A DNA stretch of 46,707 bases from positions 1-46,707 of the forward strand of contig KZ538800.1 in NCBI GenBank assembly GCA_000934665.2. The letters are read 5' to 3'. The notes beneath the pieces are model-generated. The model was not told the DNA's origin, searched no databases, and saw only the letters and a list, made by a program, of their open reading frames with translations. Shown here one piece after another: positions 26,666-40,755 of the stretch. This DNA comes from Catajapyx aquilonaris. Lineage: Eukaryota. How positions within the stretch are numbered: the first letter of the stretch is position 1; each line of letters begins with the position of its first letter. The translations under genes were made by a program, and so were the position numbers.

Positions 26666-29600
26666 GTACAGACCAAAGCGAAGAGAGGCCTTTTGTACCA
26701 GCCAGGTTCATTATCCAGCCAGATCCTTCCAAGCCTTGTCTCCCGGACGACAATGGAAAGAGGCAGGAAAGTGTGACGCTGCTCTATCTGGAGTTGGGTT
26801 GCACTAATTTCTCCAACTTGGGAAGGAAGGGGCTGCTCTGTTGGAGCCAGATGCTCAGAATGCCTCAGGGGAAGTCAAACTTACCAACCTAAGGATTATA
26901 TACTAGAAATAGATTCTCCATTGCGAATTATTACAAAAAAAATATCATTCGTAACAAGTAGATTATTCAGAATAAAACCGATGATTAGCAACAATCATAA
27001 ACTAGGTTACTGCATCTAACTTGTAATGTTTCTAAGCGATTTTTTTTTGAAAGTATTTTTTTGGTTACTTGAAGGCACGCTTTTGTCCGGAACAGGAAAA
27101 TGCACTAGGCAAGTCCTACCACGAACATTAAAATGGTTTCTCATGCTCAGTTGCAGGCGAATAATGCCCGAGGGGGTGAGCTAGATTCTTGATCGCCGGA
27201 GCTGCTGACGAGGGCAGGAAAACCTCTCCAACTAGCAGTTTAAAGAGTTATCGGTGTTAACTACACCCGGGGAAAATGGCTCGATTCCTCTTTTTTTTAA
27301 TTTTATCAATCTTTCCGATGCGATGGAGAGTGTAGGCGGAATGGTCACTTCCCCCATCTCCCCCATGAGACGAACCATTTGTTTCAGGCCGTGTCCACTC
27401 AGGAGATTGATTGCTCACTGGTGAGCCTACACTGGCTCGGACTGTCCCAATTGGCGCTGAGCACCTGTTTTAATGATGCTGGAAGCGCTTTAATTATCGT
27501 ATAGCAGACACTGGGATACATAGCTTGGTGAACATGAGATTGTGGAGCTTGTAATAGTATGTTATAATATTAAGTCTTCATTAGTACCTTATTGTATATG
27601 TAATAAAATGCCTTAAAATATATGTCTCTTTGCAGCACAACTGTCGAGTTGAATGACAATGTCGTTTGCAACAACGCGGAGTCTAAGTAAGCTGCAAGGC
27701 AACGCATTTTATTACTGTAACCTGCTGCAATATTAATAATTAAAATGACAACGTCCGAACCATAACGGTCGCGTTAATTATTTTAAGTGGCGGAGAGAAA
27801 TTAAAAGCCGGAATGCCAGTTTCAACTGCGAGTGCAATTTTGGTTTCGCACCTAGATTATCAGGCTGATGTGCTACCTAATAAGTCGTGAGCATGTAGTT
27901 TCTTATTAATAAGGGAAATGTAATCTTTCATTGCGTCAAACCAGGTCCTCTTTAAGTTGGGAATTGAGCAGTACTGTACACACCCTGCAAATGAATCCCA
28001 CAAGCTCATTAGCATCGAAACATTTTACACCATTTTATCCTTTTACATCTGCTTGTGCATGATATACAGCACAATGTACAGTACATTCTGCCACTGCGGT
28101 AAGTCGAGTCAGTCTCGGAACAAAGAAGACGTAGGAAGAGTCTTATATTATATCTCTACCAGCAGCTTTTGAAAGCCGGCGGGTTAATTTAGCATTCTCG
28201 GATCATTCCTGCAGCGTGTCTCCCTGAAAATGAATTTTAATTGCGCCTACTTATTAGAGCGTGTCAGACTGTGGTATTTGCTCCAGGACGAAACAAAGAA
28301 GCCCCCGTATGGCTGGGGAAGTGCAAATAACTACATTAGCCCTTCAACATTAATATGCCTGAGAATACCCTTCGGGATGTGATTTATGAAAAGAGGAGCC
28401 CGGGTGTCTAGAAGTGGGGGGTGGGGGTGGAAAAGAGAGATGTGGCAAAATGGTGGAGATCTTTGAGACTATCCTCTGTGGTGGCGTCAGAAATGAAGCA
28501 GCTACAAGCAGCAAGGGAGGCAATTAAACACTCCCGAAACCCTTTTCCGCAGCAATGAATCGGTAACACTAATTAGAAGCGTCTTGATTCTGCGTAATGC
28601 ACTTGGGCTTTCTTTGTGTATCTTTTTTGTTGTTGCGAAAGTTGGCGAAACGGAATTGAGAGAGAAACGAAATTGCTCTAACAAGTAAGGGACTCACGCA
28701 AGTATAGCTTATCTACACAAGAGTTGGGCTGGTAATTAATTAGCGGAGTTAAAAATGGCACGTACAGTCACTTTAAGACATGCTATACCTGCACACATCA
28801 AACGTTAATCAAGCGGGGGTATTCAAATGCTGAAAATTAAACCAAGATCAGCTTTGTACGTTTATTAAACTGCGATGCAGGAGGCATGAATAGCAGGCCT
28901 AAATATGTAAACACGTAAATTAATATGGGAAATATAATAGTGAAGGATCCAAGCTCGTAGATGATGACTTTATGGGAAGGAGAGACGCGTTATTGCTCTT
29001 CTGCCCTTGGCCTGAGCAATTTCATCGGAGAGCTGTCAAGTGGGATTCAGCCAAACATCACTGACTGGCAGGCCAACAAGAACATCCCATGACCTCAGGC
29101 AATGCACCGTCTCATTCCGATACAGTTCTTATGACTATGACAACCGATAAAAAGTAAATGCAAGTCATGTAAAAGCATTTGGAGTGCTTTTAGCGCAAAA
29201 GTCTGCAAAAGTAATATCCAGTTTTTAGTGTACAGAACCACCGTTCATGATATTGGTTGCCGATATATTCCTTGCAAGTCAAGGTCTTTTCACATTAATT
29301 CTGTGTTTCTGGTTGCACTTTAGTATAACACTAATTTTAAAGCAATAGCCGATTTAGGGATTTGAATCGTTTGTGTAATACCTACATTGAGGTGGATAAT
29401 AATCGACATAGCTTTGAGCGAAAATTCACGCATGAAATGTTTTGGCTTTCAATAATATAATTTATAATTTTATAATTGTCCCACTGATGTAGTAACGATT
29501 ATCAAATAGTTGCTCTATTTCAATAAATATGTATATAAATTTCCCAATACTGTAACGTCAATGCGATATAAATGTATTTGCATTAGAGTAGTGAAACTAG

Positions 29601-31423
29601 ATTGTTCATCGCTAATTAGCCTACCACATATAGATCATATTTAAATCCAAAATATTACATATTTATCACTAGTCATAAGATGTTCCAAGTTCAAAAAATA
29701 ATATATCTATAGGCTACCACATCTCAAAAGAATGTTTCCAGGATCCGTGTTGGTACCGATCGTGATAATTGTTAGTAACAATTTTCATAATGATAATTAG
29801 ATAAAAAGTGAAACTCAGTTTTTGACTTATTAGAACCTCAACATAGAAATCTGAATTTTAAAATCATAATTATGAAATAGAATAAAATTTCATGTGGCCA
29901 CAGCAGGTGGTAAGAGCGTTGAAATATTTTTGTGTAATATTTTCATGTTCGATGTTAGAAAGTTCGCAATTTTTACAATTGATTATTGTTCAGGAAAAGT
30001 ATAATTTCATAATTTTTTGCAATAATGCGCTTTGTGGCAATCTCTAAAATGCGTCAGTACAATGGCAAACCTGTAAGTCTGAGTAAAAAATAAATCAGCA
30101 GTTATTCCCTCGTAAACAGACTGAATTTCAACGCTTCCTATTAATCAACAAACTCAACTTCCCAGCTTTCACGACTCCCATCACGCGAAAGCTCTGATTG
30201 TAAAAATAGCGATGAATCAGGTCGCAATACGGTTCCATTAAGTGATCAGCCGTTCGTACATAATGTAACACCACCATTATACCACAGGGACTGCGACAGA
30301 CCCAACCCACAAATTTTATTGTCGTATTATGCTGCACATATACCCTCCTGAGAGGCGATGGAGATTACCATCGTTTCCTCGTTGGTGGTATCGGAACTGC
30401 TCCTAAGACCCAACAATTTCCATTCAAAGTGCCCCGCACACACAACTTTTATGCCAAATTCCCCTGGTCCATATTTTCCTGATTTGATGCCCACCGCAAA
30501 CAGCATGATAGTAAAAAAAAAGAAGGCTGCCTATCTATCAAACATTTTTCCCTTGCAAGTAATCCTAGTGAGCGAGCAGTGTCCATAAATGAATACGTAC
30601 AACCCGGCATGAAACTCCACTTAGGTCGTCCCCCTTTTTTTTAACGAAAAAAAGATGGCCGGGATATAATATAAGAGTGGGACACCATCGAATATGAAAT
30701 GCCTTGCAAAACCACGGGGGGAATCGCCTTCCAACCACTTTTATCACAGTTTTTAGCGGTCCGGAAGGGAATACGGCCGGGCTCTCTCGCCGGGAATCAA
30801 ATGGGGCCCTTAAGCCTCCCTGTGTCTGGCGAGAGCTGCCTCAGCATCCCTTTTGCTTGCCCATCTCGCAGTTGCTTATGCCAAGCGGCAAACTTGCCCC
30901 CCTCCCCATTTTTTTTGCTTTCCACTCCAGAGGAAAAAAATGGACGCAGCAGGGCTGACGGACATTACCTGCACCATGTGTTTCTTGTTGCGACACTTTA
31001 AAAAAAAGACCACGATCTCTACCAGCAGGTTGTAAAAGAATTATTAGAACCGTTGGAGTATGTAGAACCAGAATATTCATAGACATAGGTAACAAAGTTT
31101 TGTCCAAAAAAAAGGGGGCTAGCTAGTGCGAGCACATCTCGTCTCGCTTGCGGGTGAGCGCAATCCCGGATTAAGGCCCCGGAGTAATCGCGTAAACCGA
31201 ACGCGTCTCCTAAAGTTGCCATTCTGACAACGACGCCCCATTTGCTTTGAAGCCAGACAAGACGTAGCTAGTTTCTCCCCGAGAGCACTCAAAATCCATT
31301 AATCTCATCCGGCTCATCCTTTGCCTCGTGACAATGAAGAGATTAATGCCGCCTGTGCGGCGCTGAAGAAACAATCCTTTGAACGCTACCACAACTCTCT
31401 TCGCAATTTTTTTTCTTCTTCGA

Positions 31424-31438
31424 TTGTTGTTGTTGTTG
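31424..31438 (+). repeat. (TTG)5 microsatellite
   Basis: ttgttgttgttgttg read directly. Confidence 0.85.
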
Positions 31439-33728
31439 CTGCCTCGCACTGTTTGTGAGGTATATGCTTTCTCTCTCGCTTTTCTTCGGGTTCAGGTTAT
31501 TGTCGGGTAAAAGAGAGGCCCGGGAGTGAACTGTGAGGGACTGATGTGCCGGAGTGATTTCGATTGATTTCATTCGCTCTGCCCCAAGAGGTAAAGTTTC
31601 TGGAGCCGATTGGAGCGCTGATTGCCACCGCTCTACTATCCGACTCCTGCTGCAAGAAGCCTATAAACTGCGATGAGTTTTGTCCAAATTAAATTGTGCC
31701 GGAACAGTAGCCTACACGGAGGGGGTGAAGACAAACAGAAGCAAGAAAATAAATATTGTACATAGGCCGTTCTCTTCCCAGGTAATTACCTCGTTGTAAA
31801 ATTAGTGTGCGTTGCTCCGAACACCTGACTAAATAAGCTAATTGCACAGTATGAACCGGAGCTACAGTATAGTCGTACTGTAGTATACATTTGGAAATCG
31901 GAGTCTAGTTTTATAGGTTCGCAGTATGCCACAGTGTCCCGGTCGCAATGCATTGCATGCGACAAAAATGCCTTGGGAGATCCTCGTTGCGTTAGCTCTC
32001 TCTCGTAATAATTAACCCTTTTTTTTGTTGGTCGGCACTGCATGTGCTCCCCCGGCGTAGTAAAATTAACTAAAGCGTGCCTTCACCGTAGCGGAAATTT
32101 CATTAGGGCCAGCCGTCAGTTTGACTTGGGCCCATCAGTAGGCCAGTGTGTCCGCGGCTATTGAAAATTATTCCCCGTACTATAAACACCGGAGCGAGGG
32201 GCTTGGGATAACGCGTCCGAACTCTCGTTCGTTAGTAGCACAGTACGACATCAAGACGCATTGTCTCGCTCGGATTGGCATGAGCAGTGGGACCGAAAAC
32301 GAGTGGAAATTATGATCCGGACCTAATTCCGGGTGCCTTTTTTTTGGAATCAAATGGATTGTGCAGTCGTAAAATGGACCCGGGGTTTGATCTGGTGATG
32401 TATCAACCCGACTCATCAAAAGCAAATATGTGCAGGGTTGCTCCATTTTGGCCCGATAATGCAGCCTCTTTATTTGGCCCCCATCTCCTCACACCCTGAT
32501 CTCCCTTGGCCAATTTTAATCCCACGCTTCAAGGATCCATGCTGCGGGTATGACGCACTTTGGCTTTCAAAATCCTGTCGGACATACAACGAGGGTTACA
32601 TGAGGGGCAAGGTCCGTTAACAGTCATGTGAAAGGTGTCGAGAGTTTTTGCTTAGGGAGATGGAAAATTATGATCTCAAATGTGTCAAGAGCTAATCTGC
32701 CAAATGTCATAAAAATTTTGGTATGTAAATATCTTTCAAATTGCATTTATAATACCATTTTAGTGAGGTAATATCTTCTATCTGCCTATAAGCTCCGGAT
32801 GTTATAATTCTATAAAATATTCTGAAAGTCAACCTCTTCAATCCAGCTAATGATTGTGAAACTTTTTTAATTTTCCCCACCGTAGAAGATAATAATTTTA
32901 CAGTAAGTGGGAGCATTTTCCGATCTTTACTCTCCTGACTGAACATATTAATTATTCATGGTAGGCCTAGTTTAATAGTTAATGTAGCCGCAAAAAATTC
33001 AATTTCCCGTGACGAATACTTAGTTTAGCTGCTTTTACAAAACATTGTGTTCCATGTAGTTTCAAACTCGTTTAAGTGGGCTTCGAAGGATAGTTGCGTA
33101 CGAATACCTAATTTCATATTATTCTCCCGTCAATAAGCAATCTTCACTGACCTGTTCTAATCCTTTGAAATCGACCTCCACTCTCGCACCCATTATCTCT
33201 CTCAAAGGTGCGAACTCCGTTTGTGATCTTGCATTTGATTGTCACCTCAAACCAGGTTTTCAATAAAGCCTGTTCCGATCCAAACTGCTTAAAACAGAGG
33301 CTGAGTAACTTCCTTGCAGCACGATATCCTAGCCGCATCTGCATTCCGGGTCAATATCACCACTTCAATGCCGCTTCCATGAAAATCCCGATATTAACCA
33401 ACTGCATAGGCGCTTCTATAGGAAGCCAATTTCCCCTCTTTTCGCATTTGATGACGCCTTCCAACCTTTCATCTTTTTTAAAAAAATATATATACTACTC
33501 GTGGATCGAGAGATTACGCATCGTTTGAAGCATTTGACTACCGATATGCCTGGACGGAAAAGTAGGTCGTCCTTGGAGAAGCAAGTCCATTCTTCCTTTG
33601 ACAGTGTGCGGAAGGGGGACTGGGCGAGGATATGGAATATGGAAGTGGTCATTCTCATCGGTCCAGGGGTCTCTCTCTGCTGGCTCGGCCTTTGCCACCA
33701 TCTGTCGCAGACCACATCTAAAATGGCT

Positions 33729-33781
33729 GGGGGGGGGGGGGGGGNNNNNNNNNNNNNNNNNNNNNNNNNNNNNNNNNNNNN
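33729..33781. other. Poly-G tract (G16) followed by a 37-N assembly gap
   Basis: G run 33729-33744, N run 33745-33781; typical of a short-read break at a G homopolymer. Confidence 0.95.
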
Positions 33782-35472
33782 CTTGGGTTGTCAGCAGTTC
33801 TAAGGATCATGGGAAGGTCAGATCAGCAGCAAATTTTACGGGCTTCTTTTTTTCTCGTCCGTGTCGTTCCTACACAAAGCCTGGGAATCCCGCACGCGAG
33901 TCCTTTAGATTGAACCAACTCCACCACAGAGGGCCAAGCTTTCTGAAAAGCAGCTTCCACCGCAAACCTCCCCACCTCAAAATAGAAAAAAAACCGGTCC
34001 TCATCAAGGACCTCATCTCCGACAGAGACCATCCATGAAAGCTTCTTCCTAGGTGTGCCCCCCCTCTGGCATCAGGACTTCCTCAGAAATCAAGGTCCAG
34101 AGAGTAATGTAGCATTGCCTGCCCCACCCTCCCAACTCTCACTCCCCCTAGGGAAATTCAGTCCTCCAAACTCTATTCATCTGGTTCCTGTGAAGTGGCC
34201 CCATTCGGAAATCATCCCGAGTTTAATTTCCTACAAGCGAGTAATATTAGATCGCTGACTGTGGGCCAGCCTGAAAAAAATGGAGGGAAAAGGAGTGCTC
34301 TTTGATGTGTTTCGACTATCCTTTGCTATTGCATAACTAATGGCTTAAAAGGCAATCCCTAGGCTCGATGTCAGAAAGTCACTAGAAGAGAGGCAAAAGT
34401 CTGCTGGAGTAATCACTATTTTAATATTTTAAAAACCATTATTAATAGCCGTCAATTGTGGCAATAATTGCACTTGGGCGCAATTTAAAGCAATCAATGT
34501 AAAGTGGTTCTTGGCTGTGGTCAGGCGAAGTGTTATAATTTCGTACAGAACCAAGCATCCTACATAATGCAAAAACAAACTTTTAGCACTGCTTCAATTC
34601 ATGTACACTGTTAGCCTCCTAGAGGTCGTTTCCTAACCTCCAATATTAGTCCCTCCTGCTTGTAAATCCGGGGCCCAGCAAAGTTGCTGCCCCAGACCTC
34701 TTACTTGCTGCGGCCCTCCAGTATTTTCTGGAACTTTCATTAGGTGCAGCTAATATAAGCAGCTTGTTAACTCTGTGCAGCAGCCGTGAAGCCACCAGAG
34801 GATACTCGGTTTGCCTTACAATGCACTCGGCAAGGCAGATGGGTTAACTCCCTAACCTCATTTTTTTTCCTGACCTAGTTTTGTTTCGCAGTTAGCAAGA
34901 GAGCTAGAGAGAGGTGGAAAATGTGGCCTGCTTTCATGCTATTTTTTGAGTTCTGCTCTCTTTTATTTCCACTACTGTGCAGCGTGGTTACACTGCGTGG
35001 CATGCCTGAGAATAGAGCTTGCTAAGAAGGAGAAATGGTGTGAAATACCTCGGGACACAACTGCCTCGCCAGTTATTTTTTCGGTACCCGGTTCTTTCGC
35101 TTGGGACATTCCCAGCTTGGTATATGGAGGAATGAATGACACCAGAGGTCTTTAATCTGTCACCAGAAGGACGGAAAAAAACGGGCCGAAACTTTGGACG
35201 TGGAACTGTATTTTTTTTGCGAAAGAGGTGGAGTTTAAAAGAGCGCAGGACATGATCTGATTAGGTTCGATTATAAATTGCCAACCGGCTACTACAGTCA
35301 TATGTAACTTTATTATACTGCGTGGTTTCTCATGTTGCAAAAAGTACCGCCAGTTGCGAAGCTTCTGCAACATAAAAATTATAGCGCGCAGTTACATGTA
35401 TCCAACTATTGTTACCTCAACTGGCAATAAATAAATATATCTGCAAGACTGCAACATTGTAAAGAAAACAAC

Positions 35473-35489
35473 ATTATTATTATTATTAT
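35473..35489 (+). repeat. (ATT)5 microsatellite
   Basis: attattattattattat read directly. Confidence 0.85.
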
Positions 35490-38400
35490 CTCTTCAACAA
35501 CACGAGGCAATATTCGGCACAGTGGTACCAGTTCATCAAATGGTAAAATTTAAGATGATATTTTGCTACATTACGATGTAAACACATAGTCACAGAATTT
35601 ATAAAATAATTATTTCTGGTTCGGATATAACAATAATATTGACCCATATTATGAACTCTGCTTCGGTCTCCAAAATAAACATATGCTCACTGCAAAAAAT
35701 TGCAAATTACGTATAATCATAAAGATTACGCTTAACCATAAAATAATACTGTATATTGTATGTACCCCTGACTACTGTTTGAGTAACATCATGAATAGAA
35801 ATAGTACATTCAGAAACATTTCATCTAGACATTCTAGAATGTAATGAGCTAAAATAAAAGTACTGCATAATTGTTAATGAAAAATGGTAAATGGAAATTA
35901 TGCGGGATAAAAATAATGTGCACGTGAAGTACTTATGTGGACTACACATCGGAGCATGAATACTGTTGACGGTTGTCCTTCGTTTTATCTCATCTCTGGG
36001 TCTCAACAAGCGACGCCCACTTTCTGCCCTCATTTGGCGCAGCTGACGTCGCCAGGAGGCCGAAACTTTTCAGGCCATTTTTACTACATCTTTTGGTCGG
36101 CCCTGCTGCGCTGCGTGTAAATAGAAGCCACGTCAGGTCAGCAAGGAGAGAGAATTAATTATTTCTCCCCAGCCCCGCAAGCATGGAGACGGATCATGCA
36201 ACTTGCATGCCCACTGTTTGTCTCGGATCAAAACCTTGGCCAGGCATATTCTTGACGCCCTCCCTAAAATTCCGCCCATGTTATCGCAAGAAAGGCTATA
36301 GTATAGGAGACGACAGAGTTCGGCTTCATATTTTTTTTTTCTTCCTTTCGTTCGTTCTGCCCCAAGCAATCAGACACATCTCATCGCCTTCCAACTCGAT
36401 GCATCCACGCCTAGAATCTATAAAATAAACGTGCATGTCGCACGCGACTTATTGACCCGACTGAGGAAACGTCTTCGGATCGACCCGGCATTTTTTGGCC
36501 ATTGCCGCAAACACAGCCTCCGGCACTCTAGTGAAGACTTTCTTCTTTTTGTCATAAGATTTTAAAAAACGCAAGTCCGATGTTCTTATAGACTTTTTAT
36601 ATGTGCGAGAGAGAAAAGAGTCTATGGCTGACTCGTTCCAGTCAGTCAGGCGAATATATCCACTACAGTGACCACCACACTATGCATACACCAGGATGGC
36701 CTTTTTTTATTTTTTATTTCGGGGAAAAAATGCTGTTTCATTAATTCAATGGCTACTAACAGCAAGATCTATTTTAATTAATTATTACAACACAAAATAT
36801 CGCTAGTATGCGCTTCATTATCAATGTCCATCAACGTATAGTTGGTGTAGGTTCTGAGTGCTTTTATACCGTAGGTCAGGTGCTTTGACGGATTACAGTT
36901 GCAGGCCCAGCCTCCAGCTACACACAACCTTCGGAGAGTATCGGGTATTTATAATATTGCCCAGCTAATTACATGCTACCTTCAATGGCAACTACTGAAT
37001 CCCTCATGTTGTTTCCCTATATATTATCCAACCTTATTATCTACGAAAGCTCCATTTATATATATTTTTTCCTTTTGTGCTGCTTGACTGTGCAAAGTCC
37101 CTCGAGCGCAGTTGAGGTAAGGACATACATAAAAAGAAAGAGAAATAAATACTGGCAAGGAGCATTGTCCTTAGAGAACCCGCGGGAGATCCCAATTTCT
37201 GGTGTGTCCAGACTCTGGAGATGAAATGTGTACAAGACAGCCCACAGTGCTCTTTTGCTATAATTGGATTCAGAAAGGTCAATACTGCCCCCATCCGCCT
37301 TTTTTATTATTTTCAGAAAAAAAATGTCGGACCGCAAAACAGATTTTAAAAAGGATGAATATAGGATTTAACAGAATTAATCTCCCGGAGTCTCCCTTTG
37401 CGTGACATCTGGCCTAACAGTATCCCGTTGAGTGCGACGGGAAAAGTAGCATAAGAAATCCAATTCTACGCGATCCTGCGTAAAAGTGGCATTATCTTAT
37501 TATTTTTTGACGCCCAAAGCTTTTCAGTGAGAAGGAAAAAAAAAATATATACTGCAACGAGAGCGGAAGCGCTGGCTTTCGAGCCTTTTTAAACTTTCAA
37601 CAGCGTAATATAAAAGAGGATTCCAGGCGCGCTCCGGCTTCTGCTATGGTAGAATTTCACAACACAAAAGTGAAAGGCAGAAAACCCTTTCGGGAAGCAC
37701 CCATTTTCCCCCTTTGTACAGCAAAAGTTTCCCATACACTGCTCATTTCGGGGTCTGAAAGCTAATAGGATTTAATTTCAGGATACCTTTTTTTTAAAAA
37801 AAATAATTATCTTGCTGTTGCCGTATTATTGTTAGCGCAGGGTTAAAACTATATGTGAATGGGGCTTTGCTATTTTTGGTAATCGGATTTAGAGGAACGT
37901 AATAATTAAATAAGTGCCGAAATTTGACCCTTTCAATTAAGAATGACTCAAGCTCCTATAAAAGTCTCACTTTTCTTTTACAGTTAGTTTAATTATTATT
38001 CACTGAAGTATGAAATTATTTGTGGCTGCAGGGAGAAAGTAAACACTTGGCTCGGCCGCAGCCGTTCAAGAAGACAGCGATACCAAAATAAATGGCTCCG
38101 GCTTACACTTGGGGCTCAGCCCCCCGATAAAAATCTCTTCCTCTTCATAATAAAGTCATTAGCCAAATCGCGCCACTCTATTCCAACACCGTGTAAATTA
38201 GAATCATCTAAGTGAATCCTGGAAATCATTCAGCCTCCAGATTGGAATGAAAACAATCAAGATGGAATTAATCACACCCCCCCCCCCTTCGTCCTTACTT
38301 CTTCTTTTTTTTCTCTGGAGGCTCCTTTTCTCTTTCTCTCAGAGATACTTGGCCCAACTTTTGAAGTCCGCCTGAGGAGATAATGGCTTTGGCTTGACTC

Positions 38401-38996
38401 TCTGGAAGAAGAGCACAAAGCGGAAGAGAGGAAAAATCCCAGACCTTGATGAAAGGCGAGGGGAAGGAAGGACAAAGTGCGCGCGCCATAAAATCCTACT
38501 CCAAAAAGGGCCGAGGTAAAAGAAAAAATATATATCCATTCCTTCCCCCTCTTAAAAGGGATCACTTAAAACCCTTCTGTCTTGATCTGGCCAAAGAAAC
38601 ACCCTACGTTACGAAAAAAAAGAAAGATCCGCGAGAGGGCCTCTTCTCAAATTCCTCCTTGCACAGTCATCAAGCCCTAAGGCGCCCTTTGGCATAACGT
38701 GGCTATTAAAGCCCAGATTGTATCTCCTGGAGAGGGGACTATAAAGTCACTCCACCCCCCACTAAATGCCTTCTATAACCCAGATTTTGAGGAAAGGAGA
38801 AGCCTTTCAAGTATGCTTATGCAACCCACAATGCGCATTTTTCCCTTTCCTCCTCCAGAAGCCTATGGTTACGACAAGAGGGAACAGTTTGGCGGTTCCT
38901 GGGCTCCATTACTAACCGCCTAGGTAACGTTAAGCAGTTAATAATTGCATCAAGAGGCTCCCGGAAGTCATGGAGCGTGAATTCGCCGGAGAAATG

Positions 38997-39014
38997 GGTG
39001 CCCCCTAATGGCAG
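38997..39014 (-). promoter_or_regulatory. CTCF-like motif (candidate insulator site)
   Basis: Minus strand CTGCCATTAGGGGGCACC matches the CTCF core CCASYAGRKGGCRS with one mismatch. Binding is not demonstrated. Confidence 0.3.
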
Positions 39015-40365
39015 CAGGACAAGATGCTCCTCATCTCTGTATATGGATCAACATTTCTGCAGTGAGGTATTGCATGAAGTGCTGCAGGCCCCTTGCATCA
39101 GATGCAGAAGTGATTTGGGTTTACGACCAGGACTTGAATGTGCTTAAATGTACGGAACACGAGACATTTTAAAGGCAGCATTGTTAGCTGAAGTATTCTC
39201 CCGTTTCCAAGGCCTTTGAATCGTGCAGTGTCACATAACCATAAATTCTGAAGCTAGACAGTAAACCGTTACAACTATGTGCCCGTTGTAAGAAAGACAA
39301 TTTATAATGACTGTATTCCAAATGTCAATAATATGTTACCGGATCCCCCCCCCCCCTAATCCTATGCTGTGCAGTATAGGCTATGTTCATACAGTCATTT
39401 TTCACAAGTACGGTACGGTAATTTTTCTACTACACAAAAGCTTAAAACGGGTTTTTATGAAAAAAGAATGACCAGACCATTCTGCTTGGACTTTGGACTG
39501 TTTTATGAAGCTCAACGGTGCTAACTGAAGTAATAATCTCCGGTAAAACGCAAAAGAAAGTAGCCTACATACAATTTCACCCGGTTAAGTGTGGATTTAA
39601 CTCCAGTTACGGCAGCACTTAACCGGTTTTCATAAACGCGGCCCTTAGGGGACATACGTATAAATTCTGGCTCAAAGTGTCCAATATCCAAGAACATCAA
39701 AGACACATCAAAAATCTGCGATTCTTTCCAACCCTGCGCCCTGGAGCCAATAGCCTGCAGCTGATTGGTAGCTGCTCACTGATCCCGTCCAATTAAGCCT
39801 CGTCGCAATTCAAGGCCACAAGCTTGGAAATATGAGTCCATCAGTTACTATTTGACACGCGATTGTTGGTCGCATCCGGTGTTAATAATTGACAGAATTT
39901 TGGCAAGTGAATGCCGCCAGCACACACGGCCAATACTGTTTGACAGTTGGAAAGCGACAAAGAGACGACAAAAAAGCTCTTTTTGTTCCCTATGTGTCAT
40001 CCATCTTAGGCCAGTTCTCCGCTTGTATTTTTTGTACCAGTGGTTTTGCTCAAACCAGGCCGCAAACTTGTGCCTGATGATAACGTGATAAAAGTTAGAT
40101 CTCTAGAAATAAAATTTCGCTACTTGCCCGGTTTATTCAATTCCCTCGACACAAGCGTCGACCCTGCTGTTTGTTCTTCTATAATTGCGTTCGTGCGGTT
40201 GCCTAATGAAATCCAAGCATCCTTTTACGTCGCAGGTCTCCGAGAATTGGAATGAACTTGAAGTATTGCCTTTCTCATTAATACAAGTTTTGCAGAGCTG
40301 CTCCAAGAACAGGATACTTTTCCGCAAACGTGCCAGCAGCACTGCCGGGCGTTTAAGAACTAGGC

Positions 40366-40381
40366 GGGGGNNNNGGGGGGG
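40366..40381. other. Poly-G tract with a short unresolved N run (40371-40374)
   Basis: Four N bases inside a G run; assembly ambiguity in a homopolymer. Confidence 0.9.
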
Positions 40382-40755
40382 AGACACTAAGAGAGAAGAT
40401 TTTGATGAGGGAGAGGGGGACTTTTAATTAAGACTTTGTTTTCTTTGAGAGACACTCCCATTATATCGGGGGGTCTAACGGGTGCTTTTCCAACTCCGGG
40501 GAAAATCCCAAAGACAAGCACATCTTGTCAGTGTAAGAAAATGTGCGGAGAGATGCGGGCTTCAGACCAAGCTTTAGGAGAAATTTGGATTGGGGAATAT
40601 TCTTCATTCACACTATCTGTATCTGACCTTTCAAAAATAATTATATACGGCACTGAAGGAGTTTTTTGAAAGCATATTTCTTTGATTGGCCTGGGGTAAG
40701 AGCCACTTTGGCTGATCAGAAAAAAACATTCATATAAAAATAATCGTATAAATCA

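Noticed and set aside
34726..34738. Three-unit heat-shock element TTCnnGAAnnTTC
   Set aside because: Single isolated match with no associated promoter; near chance expectation.
35829..35842. 14-bp palindrome ACATTCTAGAATGT (and 12-bp palindromes near 19671 and 19698)
   Set aside because: Several palindromes of this length are expected by chance in 47 kb.
14555..40509. NF-kB/Rel-like sites (e.g. 14555, 23877, 26517, 37184, 40500)
   Set aside because: About 6 consensus matches, which is roughly the chance expectation for this length; they are not clustered.
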